A stretch of 62,398 bases of DNA, counting the filler. It is 5 parts of 5 records of this genome, joined end to end, with 100 filler letters (N's around TTAATTAATTAA, not from the genome) between each part and the next. Parts side by side here need not be neighbours in the genome. Positions count along the whole stretch, not along the records: positions 56,972 to 62,398 come from SRR2962707_1856; 4 more parts are not named here. The stretch is one strand, 5' to 3'. Under the pieces are notes generated by a model that saw only the letters and a list, made by a program, of their open reading frames with translations, was not told where the DNA came from and ran no database searches. The position numbers were made by a program, and so were the translations under genes. This document shows, one piece after another, positions 58,846 to 62,398 of this stretch. Numbering within the stretch: position 1 is the stretch's first letter; every line of letters starts with the position of its first letter.

Positions 58846-59688
58846 ATGGAATGGAGCGGGCAGGGACGGCTGATCCGGATCGAAGATCCTTCCGACCCGC
58901 GCATTGCCGAGTTTACCGCAATGCGCGACAAGGATCTCGCCGGTCGCGGTGATCTGTTCATTGCCGAGGGCAAGGTGGTGCTGCAGGCGCTGCTGGATGC
59001 GGAAGCCGGCTCGCGGCGGTTCGTAATCGAAAAAGCGCTGATTCTCGAAAACCGGATTGATGGTCTGGGGGATCTGCTGGAGCGGATAGATCCGGATTGC
59101 CCAATCTATGTCGCCGGCCGCGAGGTTCTGGACAGCGCCGTCGGCTTCGCCATGCATCGCGGTATCCTCGCCGTCGGCCGGCACGTACCGGTTGCCACGT
59201 TTGCCGATTTCCTGGCGCAACTGCCGGAACAGACATTGCTGGTAGCCGCCTGCGGGATTTCCAATCACGACAACATCGGCAGCATTTTTCGCAATGCTGG
59301 CGTATTTGGCGCCGATGGCATCGTGCTGGATGCGACCTGTTGCGACCCGCTGTACCGCAAGGCGATCCGGGTCTCTGTCGGGGCGGCGCTCAGGGTGCCG
59401 TTCTGCCGGGCTGGATCGCTTGGTGATCTGGTGGATACGTTGTCTCAGCACGGGTTTGAAGTTGCCGGTCTGTCACCGCACGGAGCGGAAACGCTCAGCG
59501 CCTACGCGCCGGGCCGCCGTCTGGCGCTGCTTGCTGGCACCGAGGGCGAGGGGCTGCCTGCCAAAATCATCCAGCGCATCAAGACACTGAAGATCGAGCA
59601 GGCGCCGGGTATGGACAGTCTGAATGTGGCAACCGCGACCGGCATCGCGCTGTGGCACGCCGCGACACGGATGGGCCGGGCCGGGTAG
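58846..59688 (+). CDS. TrmH/SpoU-family RNA methyltransferase
   Basis: FIAEG, NHDNIGSIFRNA, DPLYRKAIRVS.G, GTEGEGL, DSLNVA. Confidence 0.92.
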   Translation: MEWSGQGRLIRIEDPSDPRIAEFTAMRDKDLAGRGDLFIAEGKVVLQALLDAEAGSRRFVIEKALILENRIDGLGDLLERIDPDCPIYVAGREVLDSAVGFAMHRGILAVGRHVPVATFADFLAQLPEQTLLVAACGISNHDNIGSIFRNAGVFGADGIVLDATCCDPLYRKAIRVSVGAALRVPFCRAGSLGDLVDTLSQHGFEVAGLSPHGAETLSAYAPGRRLALLAGTEGEGLPAKIIQRIKTLKIEQAPGMDSLNVATATGIALWHAATRMGRAG

Positions 59689-59723
59689 TCACACTCTCGG
59701 GCGAATGACGCTTGCGGGCGTTT

Positions 59724-61016
59724 TCAATGGCTGCTGGCAAGCATGTCGCGGGCGCGGGCAGCCAGGCTTGGTTCGGCGTTGCCGGGTTTGGACAACGCCT
59801 CGCGGCCCTTCAAAATCTTGAAGACCGGGGAAGAGCTGCCGTCCCTGCTGGCCGTCAGCTCCACCATCATGGATGCAACCACCGCCAATTCGCGGCGCAA
59901 GGCAGCGTCATTTCCGCTTTTGTCGGCTTTCATCAATCTTTCGATGAGTGCCGCCTGACGGGCCCGAAGACGGTCAACTTTCTCTTCGTCTGACAGTTGT
60001 TCCAGATCCTGCGGTTCCGGCTTTTGCGGTGTTTCCACAACAGCATGTGGCTTTGCAGCGGCTGGAGCGGCTGTCTTCGCGACGGCGACAGTCGGCGCCG
60101 TGTCAGTTTTGCCAGCTTCAATTTCTGCAGGCTCGGGTTTTGGCGATGTCTGGCTGGTCGTGCGATTGCTTCCGTTGGCTGCAGCGGCTTTCCGGGCCAG
60201 GCTGTTGGCCTCTCGGGCCTCCTTCTTTGCAGCGCGGAGTTCGTCGGAGAGTTCGCGGTTTTTCTTCTTGAAGCGATCGACTTCGGCCACCCGCCGCTCG
60301 AGCGCGTTTTCGCGATCGCTGAGGGCCGTGATGGCTTTCGCCAGTTTCTCTTCGTTCTGGGACAGCCGCTGGTCGGTGCTTTTGAGTTTGTTTTCCAAGT
60401 CGCGACTGGTGGCTTCAGCGTCTTTGAGAGACTCGCGCAAGGCGTTGCGTTCGGTGCGCAGTTCGCGGATCTGGGATTTGAAATTTTCTGCTTCGGTATC
60501 GAGCGTCACCAGATCGATGCGCAGCTCTTCGATTTCTGTGCCGAGCCGGTTGATCTGGTCGTCTCGTGCTGCAATTTCGCGTTTCCTGGCATCTGCCAGC
60601 CGGGCGGCGTCGTTGAAATTCCCTGTCAGTGTGGTGATTTGTGCCTCGCGGTCATGCACCTGCGAATGAAGATCGCGGATGTTGGTATCACGCTCATCCA
60701 GCAGCTTCTCGGTGTTGAGTTTTTCCGCACGGATGGCGACAAGCTGGTTGCTCAGACGTGTTCCGCGCGCCGTACTTTCAGTGAGTTGATCCCGGTTGTG
60801 CTTGAGGTCCACGGAAAGGCGCGCGTTTTCGGCTGCATACGCAGCTCTGGCCATGTCCTTTTCAGCGCGGATCTCTGCGGCGGACAATGGCACGCTGGCG
60901 CGGATGCGGCGCTCGGTCAAACTGACCACGCGGCGATAAATCACCGGCGCCACGATCAGCGCAACCAGGGCCGCGGCCAGAAAACCCAGCGCAAATAACA
61001 GGACAAACTCGATCAC
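59724..61016 (-). CDS. Membrane-anchored long coiled-coil protein
   Basis: N-terminal TM (LLFALGFLAAALVAL..P), long heptad-rich helix, Pro/Ala linker, C-terminal helical domain. Confidence 0.8.
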   Translation of the reverse strand: MIEFVLLFALGFLAAALVALIVAPVIYRRVVSLTERRIRASVPLSAAEIRAEKDMARAAYAAENARLSVDLKHNRDQLTESTARGTRLSNQLVAIRAEKLNTEKLLDERDTNIRDLHSQVHDREAQITTLTGNFNDAARLADARKREIAARDDQINRLGTEIEELRIDLVTLDTEAENFKSQIRELRTERNALRESLKDAEATSRDLENKLKSTDQRLSQNEEKLAKAITALSDRENALERRVAEVDRFKKKNRELSDELRAAKKEAREANSLARKAAAANGSNRTTSQTSPKPEPAEIEAGKTDTAPTVAVAKTAAPAAAKPHAVVETPQKPEPQDLEQLSDEEKVDRLRARQAALIERLMKADKSGNDAALRRELAVVASMMVELTASRDGSSSPVFKILKGREALSKPGNAEPSLAARARDMLASSH

Positions 61017-61209
61017 TACGTACCCACAATTCCACGCGCGGCCACAGACGCCACCAGCTTAAACTTGCGAAAGCATTAAGCATGGAAGGGCTTAATCAGC
61101 AAGCGGCAAGAGGTGAATGCGGTCTGTCGGAAGTAGTTTCAAGCGACGTTGTTTGGCTCAAAAAGCGGCACATCTGTGCCGTCTTTTGCAGGTGAAAGCA
61201 CTGGCTTGG

Positions 61210-61797
61210 TCAGAATGGGTTCCAGGTTGGTGCCTGGGTCAGTTTCAAATATCCGACGTTGATACCAAGGCGTGCGCCCACGCCGGTTCGAATGGGGACA
61301 ATCAAGACGCCCTGACGCTTGAGAACAGTCATGCCGAGGCCCGCGACAATGTAGGCGGAGCCGGAGACGCCGCCAAAACGACCATACACGGCTTCCACAC
61401 TTGGCAGATTGTAGACCAGCATCATGGTGCGGTTGCCGTTTCCGCCATAATCCCAGCCAAGGGATGGACCTTGCCAGAACACTTCATGCTGTCCGGCGTT
61501 CTTGGTAAACAATTCGCCTTCGCCGTAGGTCAGTCCGCCGATCAGGGCGCCGGAGGCTTCCTGGCCCAGGATGTAACCGTTGGGCAATCCGTAGGACTGG
61601 AAAGCCTTCTCAACAACCTTGGCAAGGCCACCGGACGTGGATCCGAAAAAACCGTGACCGGCGTCGACAATCTCTTGCGCCTCGTAATGCGATGAATTGG
61701 CCTGCTGTGCGGCAGAGACTGAGGCCGTTGCTGCCATGACCAGCACGGACAGGCAAAAAGTGGCAAATGCACGAAGGCAAAAGCGGGACGTGATCAT
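61210..61797 (-). CDS. eipA: DUF1134 / EipA periplasmic envelope-integrity protein
   Basis: Signal peptide from MITSRF; GHGFFG, PNGYILG.E.SGA..GGL.YGEG, WQGPS.GWD.G, G.GARLG.NVGYLK, TWNPF; divergent from chpT. Confidence 0.85.
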   Translation of the reverse strand: MITSRFCLRAFATFCLSVLVMAATASVSAAQQANSSHYEAQEIVDAGHGFFGSTSGGLAKVVEKAFQSYGLPNGYILGQEASGALIGGLTYGEGELFTKNAGQHEVFWQGPSLGWDYGGNGNRTMMLVYNLPSVEAVYGRFGGVSGSAYIVAGLGMTVLKRQGVLIVPIRTGVGARLGINVGYLKLTQAPTWNPF

Positions 61798-61865
61798 TGG
61801 GTCCACTCCATTTATGGGACGGGGAATACCGCAGGAAATATTGATCACATTGTGGCGTGCCGATC

Positions 61866-61880
61866 TTAATAAGCGGTTTA
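61866..61880. promoter_or_regulatory. Near-consensus CtrA box between eipA and chpT
   Basis: TTAA-TAAGCGG-TTTA (one mismatch); eipA is reported to be CtrA-regulated in Brucella. Confidence 0.55.
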
Positions 61881-62035
61881 CCAAATGTGGTGTCTTTAGG
61901 GCGATATCTTTCTGGCGACTGTCGGCGACCGGCCTATATTCCGGCTTTCGCCCGCGGCGCTTGCGGTTAACGGCACCTGGTGCGATTTTGCTGCCCAACC
62001 GATTCGACGTGTGGGGCACAAGAAGGAGAATTTCG

Positions 62036-62398
62036 ATGTCGAAGAACCATAACTTGACCCTGGCGGGTCCGGACCTTGCTGCGCTGTTGTGCAGTCGCGT
62101 GTGCCACGACATCATTTCGCCGGTCGGCGCAATCAACAACGGTCTGGAGTTGCTGGATGAAGGCGGGGCGGATGCCGACGCCATGGACTTGATCCGCACC
62201 AGTGCTCTCAACGCCTCCGTTCGGCTGAAATTTGCCCGGCTCGCGTTTGGCGCGTCAGGTTCGGTTGGTGCGTCGATTGATACCGGCGAGGCTGAAAAGG
62301 CCGTGATCGACTATGTATCCGCTGACAAGAAGACCGAAGTGAAATGGAGTGGGCCGCGCGCCATCATTCCCAAGAACCAGGTCAAGCTGCTGCTCAAT
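62036..62398 (+). CDS. chpT: Histidine phosphotransferase ChpT (3'-truncated; absent from the ORF track)
   Basis: AAGGAG SD; my translation MSKNHNLTLAGPDLAALLCSRVCHDIISPVGAINNGLELLDE...LKFARLAFGASG. Confidence 0.92.
   Translation, partial: MSKNHNLTLAGPDLAALLCSRVCHDIISPVGAINNGLELLDEGGADADAMDLIRTSALNASVRLKFARLAFGASGSVGASIDTGEAEKAVIDYVSADKKTEVKWSGPRAIIPKNQVKLLLN

Noticed and set aside
61798-62211. 138-aa N-terminal extension of eipA in the ORF track
   Set aside because: Runs antisense through chpT and the promoter region; the signal peptide starts at 61797

Overview
This window is not one locus. It is five unrelated contigs joined by identical 100-bp artificial linkers (N44-TTAATTAATTAA-N44) at 28132-28231, 36506-36605, 43665-43764 and 56872-56971. 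(1) 1-28131 is AT-rich, Flavobacteriaceae-like: an esterase, a complete sprC-sprD-sprB-sprF-type gliding/T9SS operon with a 4767-aa adhesin, glnS, a YtxH/holin-like/small-protein trio, an SPFH protein, gltX and a DUF808 gene. (2) 28232-36505 is GC-rich, Rhodobacteraceae-like: hemF, rluE, tadA, rluB, then a perfect CtrA box ahead of a small ORF and a divergent XpaC-like paralog, followed by xpaC-telA-DUF2927 lipoprotein-SPFH. (3) 36606-43664 is a GC-rich, probably alphaproteobacterial fragment and the best candidate for an undescribed system. A CHASE2 receptor with no cytoplasmic output domain and a secreted Cys-containing partner converge on a lipoprotein TPR-CHAT (caspase-fold) protease with an intact His/Cys dyad, which is translationally coupled to a hemagglutinin-like repeat protein ending in an acidic 'GNESLW' tail. 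(4) 43765-56871 holds the 3' half of an aryl-polyene (ape) cluster with an ammonia-lyase and a flavin-dependent halogenase-like gene, then a 2-hydroxyacid dehydrogenase, allophanate hydrolase and an ABC ATPase. (5) 56972-62398 is Rhizobiales-like: rpoH, rluD, TrmH, a coiled-coil membrane protein, eipA and chpT. I saw no rRNA, tRNA, CRISPR array or transposase. All calls come from motif and synteny recognition by eye; no database searches were run, and taxonomic labels are inferences.
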